Positions 31,542-47,199 of a stretch of 64,000 nucleotides of DNA are shown piece after piece; the stretch's first letter is position 1; the number at the start of each line of letters is the position of its first letter. Both the position numbers and the translations under genes were made by a program. The DNA is taken from the NCBI RefSeq assembly GCF_009914755.1, contig NC_060934.1; one strand, written 5' to 3'. Origin of the DNA: the human T2T-CHM13v2.0 reference genome, Homo sapiens. Under the pieces are notes generated by a model. The model worked only from the letters and a program-made list of their open reading frames with translations, was not told the origin of the DNA and searched no databases.

Positions 31542-33024
31542 GTGAGTCTGGTCTTGATGTTTAAATGAAGAATTGCAAGTACTATATTTGGCCTTGCTGC
31601 TCTTTTGTACGATGGCGTAATATGAGAGGGTCAAGACAATGGGTGTGATTGACTCCTGGGGGACAGGAGTTTTGGGGAGAGAAAGGGGACTTGTGATTCA
31701 GAGTTGTGTTTAACATGGCTTTTATCCTTTATGGAGTCTGAAGTCAGCACCATACTTGGCAGTTACTGTCCTTGAACCTGGGGTCACTATTGGAAAGCAT
31801 TCGCCCTGGTGCTCTGTGCTTCCTCTGTGAGCTACTGACTTCATTTGGCAGAGACTCCAAAGCCCCCCAGCTCTGAGTCCCCTTTTTTTTGGGAAGACAT
31901 TGCAGGCTGTGATATAAATGGAGTTTAGGGTGAAGCAACAGTTGTTAAATTGGGACATGCAGGAGTTTACATTTTGTCTAATTGTGATGTATGTTTCCTA
32001 GAGGTCATAAAACTGATGTATAAGATCATTAAAAGGACATTTCTAGAACAGGAACCCATTAGGCAGGAATGGCAAATGAATAACCAGGTGTGAACTTGGA
32101 AGAAGGAACATTAAAATGTTTTCTTTTTTTGTCTCTGCTACATCTTCACACTCAGTTAAATATGTAAATTATAAAATTACTAATCATATGATTACTGCAT
32201 AATGACATCTCTTTGGCTGATTACAAAATTGCCTTTCCAAGCACTGTACTTTTAACATATGAAAAGAACCGTTCGGGTTCCATAGTTCCATGATGCATAC
32301 TTAAAATGAAGAAAATAATTTAGAGGCATGAATGATGATGACCTGCAATATGGTACTTTTTAGACAGATAAAGTGTTTTGTATGCAAAGTTTTAAAGGGA
32401 AGAAAAAGAAAGTTGAGACTTTTACTCTGTGGAAGTAACTGGATCAAGTGTGCATTTAGTGTACTTTATATCTGCATTAGAATCCTTATACAGGGCAGAC
32501 TGTGTATGATTATTTAAAAAGCACTTTGATGTATACAAAAGAATATATGTAAAATGTAATTATGAAGCATGATAATAAAGTGAACAACAGGTTATTCTGA
32601 GTCTCAATAAGTAGAGTCACACCTAACCAGACAGGCAGACAGAGACACATTTGGTTCCTGTTCCTGGGCCTTCTGGTCCAAGGTGCCCCACTGTGGGCAA
32701 ATGCATAGAGCTATGGTGAAATGAACAGTTTAGAAACAATTTCCCTGCCTTTGCTTTGGGTTCCCTGTGATTGTTCTCCACACTGTTTTCCTGGCTCTAT
32801 CTGTCTCCCTTGCCACGGCCACTCAAGCCTAGCTGCCCAACAGCTCCTTCCCTGAAGAACCCCGGCCTTCAGGCTTGACAGGTGATCTCATCCCTCTTCT
32901 TTTCCTCCAGGTTGTTGTAGACTTCCACCTTCCCTTCTTCTCCTGGTCCTTTCCCCTTTCTAGTGCCAATGTGGGCCACGCTTTCATCCCACCTCTGCCT
33001 GCCTTCTTGCTCTCCAAGTTTATT

Positions 33025-33270
33025 GTCCTGTCTCTCTTGCAGAGTCTGTCTCTTTCAGGATCTGTCTCTTGCTGGTCTCTTGCATGATCGTTCTCATATG
33101 GCCTCTGTCTTGCAGGCTGCCTTGTAAGCCTCTCTTTCTTGCATGAGCTCTCTCTTGCATGATCTGTCTCTTGCAGGCTCTGTCTTTCTCTTGCAGGCTC
33201 TGTCTTTCTTTTACAGGCTCTGTCTTTCTCTTGCAAGGCTCTCTCTCATGTGATCTCTCTCACAGTATCT
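33025..33270 (+). repeat. Degenerate CT-rich minisatellite, core unit ctctgtctttctcttgcagg (20 bp)
   Basis: Seen directly. Confidence 0.9.
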
Positions 33271-33894
33271 TGCTTGCATTGACTCTCGTGAAGGATCTCT
33301 TTTGCTTTGTCTCTCTTCTCTCTGGACGCTGACTTCATTCATTCTCAGACATCCCAAATGATTACTCTATGCCTGTTACCACTGATTCTGTACCTATTCC
33401 CCCATAACCAAAGCAATTCCCATTTTGTCCTCCATGCTTTTCCCAGTACTGACATGGTTAGCAATGCCTCCTTATGTCTGGACCTCACAGTGTCTTCTCA
33501 TCCTCTGCCTCTGGAGCTCCACTGCAGCCTTGGACACGTTGGTCCTTGCTTCACTGAAAGCCCCTCTTAACGCCGATGCTCTTATCCTCTTCTTATTATG
33601 CTGACCTACTGCTCAGGCATGTCACCGTCTCCTCTGTCCTGTGTCCGCTACTCTGAGGGTGCTGTCCTAGCCTTCTCCTATTTCTTTGTTGCCCCTCCCT
33701 GATTGACATGGCCTCTGTTGCGTTTCCCTCTTCAGCTGATCTGTCTCTGTGGGTGATGCTCACATCGGGACCACCAGCCCTGATTTGTCTCTTGACCCCT
33801 CATTCAGTTAGGCAGCCAAGTAACTAATGAGAATCATCCCCACTGTTGGGTGAGCATCTGCTATGTCCCATTCATTCTCTTTTCAAAAAAAATT

Positions 33895-34235
33895 ATTATT
33901 ATTTTTATTTTGTATTGTGTATTTTTATTTTATGAGATGGAGTCTTGCTCTGTCACCCAGGTTGAAGTGCAGTGGCGAGATCTTGGCTCACTGCAACCTC
34001 TGCCTCCAGGTTCAAGTGATTCTCCTGCCTTAGCCTCCCCAGTGGCTGGGACTACAGGCATTCACCACCATGCCCAGCTAATTTTTGTGTGTGTGTGTGT
34101 GTGTTTTTTTTTTTTCAGTAGAGATGGGGTTTCACCATGGTGGCCAGGCTGGTCTTGAACTTCTGACCTTAAGTGATCTGCCTGCCTTGGCCTCCCAAAG
34201 TGCTGGGATTACAGATGTGAGCCACCGCACCCGGC
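33895..34235 (-). mobile_element. Alu with (GT)n in its linker
   Basis: Full dimer. Confidence 0.93.
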
Positions 34236-34239
34236 CAAA

Positions 34240-34966
<727 letters not shown>

Positions 34967-35383
34967 TAACAAAGGTAAGACAATAAAGCCAGATCAAATG
35001 TGTTAATGCCAGCTGGCACATTAATCCCAGGGATCCACTGGGCCTACCAGAAGGGAGGAACCTAAGGTGGAACCAGAACCAACAGCAGGACATGGTGCAT
35101 GCACTGAGGCCCTATTCACATGGTGGAAGGGAGGTCGTTGAGCTCCAGGCTTCTCATAGCCAGTGTGAGGAGCACCAGTGCACTCAACCCAGGATCCGTA
35201 AGATGAAAACAGCCCAGTCGTTGTTGCAGATCCTCATACTGTGAGTGGAAGGAAATTTCTCCCTGCAGACTTTATAGGGATGACACCGTAGCATGTAATG
35301 AACCGCATTTCCATCAGCATCCTTACTGGGAAACTTGGGGACATCCTTGGCAGGGCTGTTTTAATAGTCATGTTCTTCAGTAG

Positions 35384-35712
<329 letters not shown>

Positions 35713-36095
35713 AAAGGGTCATTCTTCATAGCAGTTTTCTAGGGGATGGTTTTGCCTGCACCCTTCCCTCTGATGTCTGGTTCTGGAACTATCCATGAGA
35801 CCACCGTTCTTCCAGGGTCCCCGTTGTCTGTTGCTTTGGGATCCTCCCCTCCACTGTCAATAAGTCATCACAGGCCTGATCTCCAATCGTGAGCCAGTCA
35901 GGGTTCCTTCCACAGGTCTGGGCTCTGTGCACATCAAGGGTTGTAGGTGGGAACTATTGTAGCATCCCTCGGCATCCCATGCTGGCCACATTCTTGCCTG
36001 TTCAGGACACACAGACAACCTGTGGGGCCAGCTAGCCTAACTACACCAGCCACAAATTCACTCTCTCCCCCTAACCCTCAGTAGTCTGAGTCTTA

Positions 36096-36552
<457 letters not shown>

Positions 36553-37088
36553 TCAGAGTTGGCATCAGATAGAGTAACCATGGACATTTGGAAGCTGTAA
36601 CCTCTCTCATATTTCGCCAAGGATAACTGCTTCCTGTATTATCATGTAATGAGTTTTATGCGTGATGGAAAATGTAAAAGTAATCTTAACCCAAACCTGC
36701 ATTTTAATGCCACATGGACCGGCTGTAATTTATGGCATCTTTAAGATAGATGGGTACACATATTATGAATATACTTTCCTTTTGCCAGACCTTGACATTC
36801 TGTAGACTTTTAATGGAATATTATTTGCCTCTTTCATCTTACTTTGACGTATGAGGTGGATGGCTTACGTGCAGGGTAATGTATGAACCTTCCCAAGCTC
36901 TGTACAAATATAACTTGTCATTCGTAGAGACGTATGTATTTATATGTGTGCATGCAGTCTTATTTGTAGATTTTCTTCCCATTTGCTTAATACTGAACGC
37001 TATGGCCTAGATGTGAAATTTACCAGGTACTACTCATAGCAGGCAGTGAAACCGTGGACTCAGCTGCTCTTTCCTTCTTTCCTCCCAG

Positions 37089-37185
37089 GCAACATGAAAC
37101 AGTCATCCCGGGTGACCTCCCCCTCATCCAGGAAGTCACCACGACACTCCGAGAGTGGTCCACCATCTGGAGGCAGCTCTACGTG
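37089..37185 (+). CDS. DOCK1: DOCK1 exon 5 (97 nt): [32 protein letters not shown]
   Basis: ctttcctcccag| acceptor, GTG|gtgaga donor, frame continuous. Confidence 0.97.
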
Positions 37186-38358
37186 GTGAGAAAATGAGAT
37201 ATTCATTCAAAGCTTAGAAATAGAGAGTGGGCTTTTTTGACCCTGATATGCCAATGGGATGTTTTTTTTTCTCAGCGAAACTTAAAAGCAGAGCTTCCGA
37301 GACAGAGTTTTACTCGGAATTGGCAAAGGAAGCGACATGGCTGAGAGTTTAGCCCCTGCTGGGGGCTGTGTGCCCTTCGACCTGCCATGTATTTGGGTGT
37401 ATTACAGTGAGCTGTAGCAGAAGGGACTGTAGGATGTGTCTTTCCTTGCATTGGAAGGAGAAATGTGGTTGTTTCAGGCCCCTGGAATGCAGGATCGGGC
37501 AGTGGGTGTTGATGTCACCTTTTAAACAGTAATAGGTGCTTATTTAAGGATCCGGTAGAGGGCAATTACTATTTTTTTTTTTTTTTTTGCCGTTGTCTGA
37601 CAGTAGGTAATACCTCTTATCATTTAAGAAAAACAACAGTCTTCTAGATTTACCTGTGTTTGTGACAGGAATAGGGAAATATTTTACATTCTAGCTTCGT
37701 GTGCAATTGTCCAGTTCTCCTGATCACAGAAGAAGTCTTATTAATGCAGAGAGGTTGAAGCTCTGACATCTTCCATTTCGTATTCCCTCGGGGCATTTCT
37801 TTGCACATAAATTCATATTTGCAGTAGATTACCTTTTGTTAAGCTTGTATTTCTATTCAGAGTGTTGATTTCTCATATGCTAATGTTATTACCACCAAGC
37901 CAGGGCTCTGGAAGGAAGTCGGTACGTTCATTTCTTGAGAACATAGAAAACTTCCTAAAGTCCTGCAGCTGCTTGTTGGGCAGGCTTGTTGTTTTTGATT
38001 ATACAGTGGTTTCCTATAAATGCACAGTAATAAGCAGTTGCAGTAATTGTCATCAAACGTACTGAAAAACCTAAAAGCGTAAAGTTAGCCATGAATGTTT
38101 TGTGTAAATCTGAGCAATTCTGTAGTCAGGGTTTCATCTTCAACTTAGCAATTTTTAAACAAAAATATGGCAACAAAACAAACAGGAGTTGATGCTCATA
38201 GTCAGTGGACCTACTTAAGTCTGTAACCCTAGAGTAGGTATTCTTAATGAGCACCTTGGTTTCCTTTTACAAAACTTAAATTTGCCTCTGATAGACTTAC
38301 ATGGTTGGATTTGTGCAAAGAAAGCTAACCCCCAAAATGGCTATAATATTTTTATATG

Positions 38359-38757
<399 letters not shown>

Positions 38758-38892
38758 TTAGAAACTCCTAGAAAGAAGGTTAAATACCAGAGTGAGCTCA
38801 GTACGTGGTTTAGATATGTAGAGGGGGAGTTTTTTAAAAAAGTGGCAGTGAACAAATTTAATGTTTTAAAGGGACCATGACATTTAGATACC

Positions 38893-39193
38893 TTTTTATT
38901 TATTTATTTTTTGAGATAGGGTCTTGCTCTGTTGCCCAGGCTAGATTGCAGTGGCATGATCACAGCTCCCTGCAGTCTTAACCTCCCAGGCTCAAGCAAT
39001 GCTCCCACCTCAGCCTCCTGAGTAGCTGGGACTACACCTGTGAGCCACCATGCTCAGCTAATTTTTTTAATTTTTGAAGAGATGAGGTCTCCTTATGTTG
39101 CCCAGGCTGATCTCCAACTCCTGGACTCAAGCAATCCTCCCGCCTCTGCTTCCCAAAGTGCTAGGATTATAGGCCGGAGCTACCAAGGCCAGC
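38893..39193 (-). mobile_element. AluJ
   Basis: Diverged dimer. Confidence 0.9.
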
Positions 39194-40022
39194 ATGCTTA
39201 GAGTTTTATCACATTAGGTTCCACCTAAATTTCTTTTCATGGAAAGAACCACTGAGTTATTTTCCTTCAGATAATCCCTAATCTCCTTGATTATTGTACG
39301 CTTGTAATTGCAAGCTGCAAACTGTTGCTTTTCTTTGAACCGTCAATCCCATCAAAATTCTTAGAAAGTGGTAAGAAGTGTGAGTTTTGCATCTTATTTG
39401 CATTTTCCTCTTGTCACAAAGCACCAAGAGCTTGTAGATTGAGATTTGGCCTCTTGCAGAAGTGTCTCTTGTGGGTTGTACACACCACAGTGTGCAGCAG
39501 CCCGCCCAGGGTGGAATGCTTCTTCTTCCCTATAGCTGAGCTGAGAGCGAGGCCGAGGAGTTCAGGTTCTCAGTGTGCTGAGAAGGGTCCAGGGTGCAGG
39601 GTGTTCTGAAGACCGTATGTAGGTTGTAGGATTCAGATCTTTAGGCTCAGACTAATTCCGGAGGAGCTTTAGACTTGCCCATCTCTGATCCAGATGCAGG
39701 AAGCTCACGAGCAGGTGTTGACGCTCAAGGTCTAGCCCCTGTTGGGATCACCTTTTTGCTTCAGTGGGACACAGGATGTTGGATGAAGTCTTGGGGATTA
39801 TGCATTACTTTTTGTTCCTTTAATCTTTTAATGTCGCATGGAAACCAAATTCCGTATAATATGTTTTAGTTTATGCTGAAAGCACCTTTTAATTCAACAT
39901 TAACTAAATCTCATGATCTAGTGCTTATACCTCATGCGTATTTGAAGAGATAGCCATTCTCTACCATCTCCACAATGCTGTTTTATAACAAAATCTTTCT
40001 GATTGGGTTTTTCCCCGTATAG

Positions 40023-40171
40023 CAAGATAACAGGGAGATGTTTCGAAGTGTGCGGCACATGATCTATGACCTTATTGAATGGCGATCACAAATTCTTTCT
40101 GGAACTCTGCCTCAGGATGAACTCAAAGAACTGAAGAAGAAGGTCACAGCCAAAATTGATTATGGAAACAG
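40023..40171 (+). CDS. DOCK1: DOCK1 exon 6 (149 nt): [49 protein letters not shown](R)
   Basis: ccccgtatag| acceptor, CAG|gtttgt donor; overlaps supplied ORF 40038..40232. Confidence 0.97.
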
Positions 40172-41085
40172 GTTTGTTTATTTGAAAGATGATTTTACGC
40201 TTAAATTATCCAATGTAATAACATCACTATAAGTCTTCAGGAGACCAAGATCATATTTTATCATAAAACAAAATTTCTACCATCAAAGTAATGGCATGTT
40301 TTTCATTTTGAAAAGGATGAGGTATTTTCCACTGGATTCTGAACTGGGGAATTTTGTGAGCCATTCTTGAAACCTTGTCATTCTTCAAGGGATAGAGTCA
40401 AGAAGCCAGGGAGCCTGTCATTTTCACCGTTCTGGAGGGAACCCCATCATTACTCCCCTAGCAAGGAACTTTTACTTTCTGACCATAGTTTTTGACTTTG
40501 AGTCCAGATCTGGGGGGCCTTGCATAGTGACAAGCAACAGGTTTCTTTCTGTGGAATCCCAGGTTCTGAGCATTGGAGTGGACATTAGATCACTGGAAAG
40601 TTTGTCACCTGTGTAGGCTTGCCAGTTTTCACAAACAGAAATACAGCCCAGTTAAATTTCACTGCAGATAAACAACAAATAGTTGCTTTGTGCAGTTATG
40701 TCTCTTGCCAGAGCAAGAGTTCTTCCCATCCATAGCAGGCATCCCCCCAGCTCTGCATGAGTGCCTTTAGTGCTCACCCCTGCCTACAGCTGTACCTTCT
40801 ATGTTAGCACGTGTTTTTTGATGCTGAAAGCAAACAAGCTGCTCTGATCCTAATTCTGCTGGGTCCTGTAACTAGAATGAGGCCATGCCCTTTTCCACCT
40901 GGTAATATTTAGTTTTCATAGAATAGCAGAGCTGCAAGAAGCCTTAAAAAGTATCTGGTCACATGGTTCCCAAATGCTCTTCTATTTCAGAATCACTGGG
41001 ATAGCTGTTGAATTATAGAATCCCAAGACCTACCCCTTAAGGCTCTGATTTGTGATATCTGGGATGCTGGCTGGAAATCTCCAGT

Positions 41086-41396
41086 GTTTTTTTTTTGTTT
41101 GTTTGTTTTTTTTTGAGATGGAGTTTCGGCCTTGTTGCCCAGACTGTAGTGCAATGGCATGATCTTGGCCCATTGCAATCCCCGTCTCCTGGGTTCAAGT
41201 GATTCTCCTGCTTCAGCCTCCCGAATAGCTGGGATTATAGGCATGCACCACCATGCCTGGCTAATTTTGTATTTTTAGTAGAGATGGGGTTTTTCCATGT
41301 TGGTCAGGCTGATCTCAAACTCCCTACCTCAGGTGATCCACCCGCCTTGGCATCACAAAGTGCCAGGATTACATGCGAGAGCCACTGCTCCCAGCC
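41086..41396 (-). mobile_element. Alu
   Basis: Full dimer. Confidence 0.95.
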
Positions 41397-42257
41397 GGAA
41401 ATCTCAAGTTTTAAAAATAGAGTTGGGTTGTGCTGGACAGCAGATTTGGAAAACTTCTGGTTTAATTCAACCCCCTCATTTTACACATTGGAATGTGGAA
41501 GTCAGAAAAGGGAAGGGGTTTGCTTCCAGCCATTCAGCAGAAAGGAGTCCGGGTAAATCAAGGAACCTTTCTGTAAAATCAGAATTATCACATAATTTTC
41601 TGGTAATTTATATTTTGAAGTGTGAAAAACTTCTTAAAGCAACGTTATGAGCAAGATGTAGGGTTTGGATTAGAAATGCTGTAGGAGAGATTTTTATTTT
41701 TTTTTCCAGAAAGCCTGAGATATTAGCTATTGTTGCAGCAAAACCCATTTCAAGACCACCTGCTTAAAAAAGCAGACTTTTGGAGCTTTGATTTGATTTT
41801 CTATTGGAGTATCATAATTTAAACTTATGTTCAGAGACCACCTGCTTAATTTGGCTGCAGGAAGCTAGCAAAGTACATTGTATCATGGAAAAATCTAGTT
41901 AAGGAAGGAAGTGTTTCCAAATACAGTTTACTACTTTGATAGGAAATACAGTCCTTAATAAGACAGGTTTTTTGCCCAAGGATCTCCAGGCTCTTCCATA
42001 ATTTCTCCAAAGCCCAGCGCTCTGCATATATCTTCCTAGTTCTTCCTTCAGAAAACCTAAATGATGCAAAATGATACCACAGTGTTGAATGTTTGATTTT
42101 AAGGTGGGTGGATTTAATAAGGAAAAGATGTTTTGCGTCTTTTTCATTGATCGCTTAGGCATTCTTGCTTTTTTGATTGATTTTTAACCTGGGTGGAGGG
42201 GTTTGAGGAGCTGTTTGAGAATGTGATGAAGGTCTTGGACCATATCTCTAGAAAAAT

Positions 42258-42305
42258 GTACATACACAATACACAAACACAGGCACACAGACCCCCCCAA
42301 CACAG

Positions 42306-42336
<31 letters not shown>

Positions 42337-42375
42337 GACACAGACACACACACACAGACACACACACACACACAG
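42258..42375. repeat. (CA)n/(CAGA) microsatellite
   Basis: Seen directly. Confidence 0.93.
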
Positions 42376-42870
42376 TTCTACACATGATTTCAGGTTGGGG
42401 AGGTCTCCCACCCTGTCCTCATAGATGCATTGGGCTTCCATGGACTTCATCTCTCCATTGCCTTGCTGTGATAAGTTGCACCTTCATAATGGAAACTCAC
42501 TCTGATTCAGAACCAGCTGAACACTGGTTGCTGAGAACAATGCGTAGAAGGGTTGACTGCACAGGCCACTTCGTTTGATGGTTTGCATGTGGCATTCTGG
42601 AAGGAGCATGGCTCTGCCATTGGAGAGTTCTGATACAGAACCCAGGATCTGGTTTTGGAATAAATAACTTCTCCAAGCTTAGGTTTCCTCCTTTGTGCAA
42701 TGGGTCTGACGGTCTGCCCTGGCAGGTGTGAGGTGATGATGTGGCAGGACGTGCACAGCAGGCTGGCACAGGGCCGTCCTCTCGTGTGTTCCCTGAGGGA
42801 ACCCAATTCTGCGTGGCCTGTAGGACCTACTGGCTGGGCCTCCTAAGCTGGTTCTTTGTAGCTGCCCTGG

Positions 42871-43052
42871 CACCAGCACTGACGTGCCCATACCAGAACT
42901 GATCATGCCTACACTAGAAGTGACCATGCCCTACCCACAGTAGTACTGACTCTATCCACGCATTACTGACCCCTGCCCATACCAGTATTGACCCCACCCA
43001 CACCAGCACAAACCATGCCCACACCGTCACTGACCCTGCCTGTACCAGCACG
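42871..43052. repeat. Degenerate ~20-21 bp minisatellite (ccagcactgaccctgcccata-like), about 9 copies
   Basis: Recurrent ccag.actgac..tgccca.a. Confidence 0.75.
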
Positions 43053-43874
43053 TTCCTAGGGGCCGGTTCAGGGATAGGATAAGGAGTAGTATTTGGGAGG
43101 GAGGAGCTTGCTTTGTTAGTGAGACATATTACAAAAATAACTAATGAGACCTTAAAATGCTTTTTACATTTTCTCCAGATGTCTTTCTGTTGGTCTTGAG
43201 GCACCCTGCTTACATTGCAGCCACTGCGGCTGTTTTCATGCAGTGCAAAAAGCCTCTATTTGTTTAAAGTCTGTTTACCCTGATGCTGTTGACAGGCCCA
43301 GTTGGTCCTCCTGCTTCACTGTCAGTGGAATTTGCTCAATAGATATTAAAAGGAAAAAATCAGTTTTCTGTATTTGTCTTCCCAGTGGTACAGTGCTTGA
43401 GCAAAACTCCAAAGACTAAATATGTTTGAGATGCTGGCAGACTCGTATCTGGCTTTAAGGTGTGTGACCTCAAGACTCGAAGTCTCAGGGTAGTTTTTTA
43501 GATGGAACATTTATTGGCAATTCAACTTTCCTCTTTAATTTGTAACTATAAAGATGTTCTCTAATTGAAATTTATCATTCTTTCAAATGACTCTGTTTCC
43601 TTTTTCATATTGTTAAAAAAGCCTGTTTCCATCGGCTTGTTAATTACAGGAATATAATCCTAACGGGTAAGAGGCACCTATGGTTAATTTTCTGCCCTTA
43701 GACCTGCGTGTTTTGTTAACAAGAAAGCCAGAACCTACTGCCAGATCACAACTCTTGATCTCTTTTGTTACACAGTTGTCTGTGTTCTTTAAATAAAAAC
43801 TGTGGTAAAAATCATCTTACAATTTTGTTGGATTTGAGGAATCAGAGAGAATATTCCCCAAAATATGTACTGTT

Positions 43875-45266
43875 TATTTATTTATTTATTTATTTATTTT
43901 TAGTATTTATTGATCATTCTTGGGTGTTTCTCCGAGAGGGGGATTTGGCAGGGTCATAGGACAATAGTGGAGGGAAGGTCAGCAGATAAACATGTGAACA
44001 AAGGTCTCTGGTTTTCCTAGGCAGAGGACCCTGCGGCCTTCCGCAGTGTTTGTGTCCCTGGGTACTTGAGATTAGGGAGTGGTGGTGACTCTTAAGGAGC
44101 ATGCTGCCTTCAAGCATCTGTTTAACAAAGCACATCTTGCACCGCCCTTAATCCGTTTAACCCTGAGTGGACACAGCACATGTTTCAGAGAGCACGGGGT
44201 TGGGGGTAACGTCATAGATTAACAGCATCCCAAGGCAGAAGAATTTTTCTTAATACAGAACAAAATGGAGTCTCCCATGTCTACTTCTTTCTACACAGAC
44301 ACAGTAACAATCTGATCTCTCTTTCTTTTCCCCACATTTCCCCCTTTTCTATTCGACAAAACCGCCATCGTCATCATGGCCCGTTCTCAATGAGCTGTTG
44401 CGTACACCTCCCAGACGGGGTGGCCACCAGGCAGAGGGGCTCCTCACTTCCCAGACGGGGCGGCCGGGCAGAGGCGCCCCCCACCTCCCGAACGGGGTGG
44501 CTGCCGGGTGGAGGGGCTCCTCACTTCTCAGATGGGGCGGCCCGTCAGAGACGCTCCTCACCTCCCAGACGGGGTGGCGGCGGGGCAGAGACACTCCTCA
44601 GTTCCCAGACGGGGTCGTGGCTGGGCAGAGGCGCTCTTCACATCTCAGACGGGGCGGCAGGGCAGAGGCGCTCCCCAGATCCCAGACGATGGGCGGCCGG
44701 GCAGAGACGCTCCTCACTTCTAGACGGGATGACGGCCGGGAAGAGGCGCTCCTCACTTCCCAGACTGGGTGGCCGGGCAGACACGCTCCTCACTTCCCAG
44801 ACGGGGTGGCGGCCGGGCAGAGGCTGCAATCTCGGCACTTTGGGAGGCCAAGGCAGGTGGCTGGGAGGTGGAGGTTGTAGCGAGCCGAGATCATGCCACT
44901 GCACTCCAGCCTGGGCAACACTGAGCACTGGGTGAGCAAGACTCTGTCTGCAATCCCAGCACCTCGGGAGGCTGAGGCTGGCAGATCACTCACGGTCAGG
45001 AGCTGGAGACCAGCCGGGCCAACCCGGTGAAACCCCGTCTCCATCAAAAAATACGAAAACCAGTCAGGTGTGGCGGCGCGCGCCTGCAATCCCAGGCACT
45101 CCGCAGGCTGAGGCAGGAGAATCAGGCAGGGAGGCTGCAGTGAGCCGAGATGGCGGCAGTACAGTCCAGCCTTGGCTCGGCATCAGAGGCAGACCGTGGA
45201 GAGAGAGGGAGAGGGAGACCGTGGAGAGGGAGAGGGAGACCGTGGAGAGGGAGAGGGAGAGGGAGA
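43875..45266 (-). mobile_element. Full-length SVA retrotransposon (short VNTR; probably an older subfamily)
   Basis: On the - strand: (CCCTCT)n 5' end, Alu-like domain, GC-rich VNTR ~44410-44820, SINE-R, A-rich tail; TSD ATGTACTGTT at 43865 and 45267. Confidence 0.97.
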
Positions 45267-45667
45267 ATGTACTGTTATAGACTGGACAGATTTATTAGCC
45301 AGATGTTGCTTGTGTTTTTAGTTGGTGACTACATTTAGCCATCTGGCCAGGAAGTTGCTTAACCTTATTGTAGATAACGTCCATATGTTTGGTGTTCACA
45401 TACAATAGAACATCTGTATTGAAAATCTTCCTGTGGCCTCATGTAAGGACTCGAAGTAGAAGGGGAGACATGCAGGGATCCCTATTGGGGTCAGTGGGGA
45501 GTAAAAAGGTGGTGGATAGATCTCTCCTCCAAGTTTTCTTCCCTCTCTCCTTCCTCAACTCTCTGATGATGTCACAACTGCCAGCTATGTGTTTGGGTTG
45601 ATGGATGTATATGTGATTGCATATATATGTGAATGTGTGTGTGTGTGTACATATGTAGTATGCCTTA

Positions 45668-45989
<322 letters not shown>

Positions 45990-46315
45990 TCATATTTTAC
46001 ATAATAATTAGTAATACATACTTCACTTGGGCCTTGTAGATCTGTAAAACTTCTCCTTGCAAGACAAAGCCACTGTTGATTGCAATGGAAATAAAAATTG
46101 AGGATTTTTTTTTTTTTTTTTTTTTTACTTCTCCCAAGATGACACATTTTAAGCTAAAGAAAGCAGCCTCCAAGAATTTTATATTCCTAATATTTTGGGC
46201 AAGCCCGAGTTTCTAGGTTGTTTTTACCTGCCCAGTTGCTGTGGTGGAAGTTGTGCTAGAAAATTCAGCCTCCTTGGTCTATGTCTGTGAACTTACTAAA
46301 TTCTTGTTGTTCTAG

Positions 46316-46451
46316 AATTCTAGATTTGGACCTGGTGGTTAGAGATGAAGATGGGAATATTTTGGATCCAGAATTAACTAGCACGATTAGTCTCTTCAGA
46401 GCTCATGAAATAGCTTCTAAACAAGTGGAGGAAAGGTTACAAGAGGAAAAA
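46316..46451 (+). CDS. DOCK1: DOCK1 exon 7 (136 nt): ILDLDLVVRDEDGNILDPELTSTISLFRAHEIASKQVEERLQEEK
   Basis: ttgttctag| acceptor, AAA|gtaagt donor; inside supplied ORF 46281..46511. Confidence 0.97.
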
Positions 46452-46849
46452 GTAAGTTTGACTCTGTCATATGCCATTCACGTTTTCTCAGTAATAAGTT
46501 TTCAACATTAGTAAAGTATCAGTCAAGCCCAAAATTGTCACTAAGAAAGAACCTGAAAAGGAGTAGCTGCAGAGTTTGTGTCCTACAGTCATGAGTGGAA
46601 TGGAGCCTGGTGGCACAGGATGTCACCCATGACATGAAAGGGGGTCGGACAGCATTGTGTTTCATCGTAGGAGACAGGATCCTAATGATGTTGATTTTGT
46701 GTTCTCATCTGTCAAATGAGACACAAGACTTGATTCTGCATTTCCTCTCGGATAATGGTAGGCAGGTCATGTATTCCAAGCTCATTGAGGGCAGAGAGTA
46801 CATGTCTTATTGTCTTTTCGTCTTCTATGATCTTTAATGGTATCATGTA

Positions 46850-47199
46850 TGCATTAGCCTGTTCTCGCCTTACTATAAAGAAGTGCCTGAGACTGGGTAA
46901 TTTATAAAGAAAAGAGGTTTAATTGGTTCATGGTTCTGCAGACTGTATAGGAAGGATAGTGGCTTCTGCTTCTGGGGAGGCCTCAGGAATCTTATAATTA
47001 TGGTGGAAGGCGAAGTGGGAGCCAACACTTCACATGGCTAGAGCAGGAGGAAGAGAGAGGGTGTGCGGGGGGGTGCTACACGCTACACTTTTAAACGACG
47101 AGATCTTGTGAGAGCTCACCATCATGAGGACAGCACTGAGAGGATGGTGCTAAACCATTCATGAAAAATCCACCCCATGATCCAGTCACCTCCCACCAG
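46850..47199. mobile_element. MST/THE1-type MaLR LTR, truncated at a (TA)(CA) microsatellite
   Basis: gagactgggtaatttataaagaaaagaggtttaattgg. Confidence 0.88.

Noticed and set aside
44349-45338. Several overlapping Arg/Gly-rich ORFs
   Set aside because: Typical open frames of the SVA VNTR and Alu-like domain
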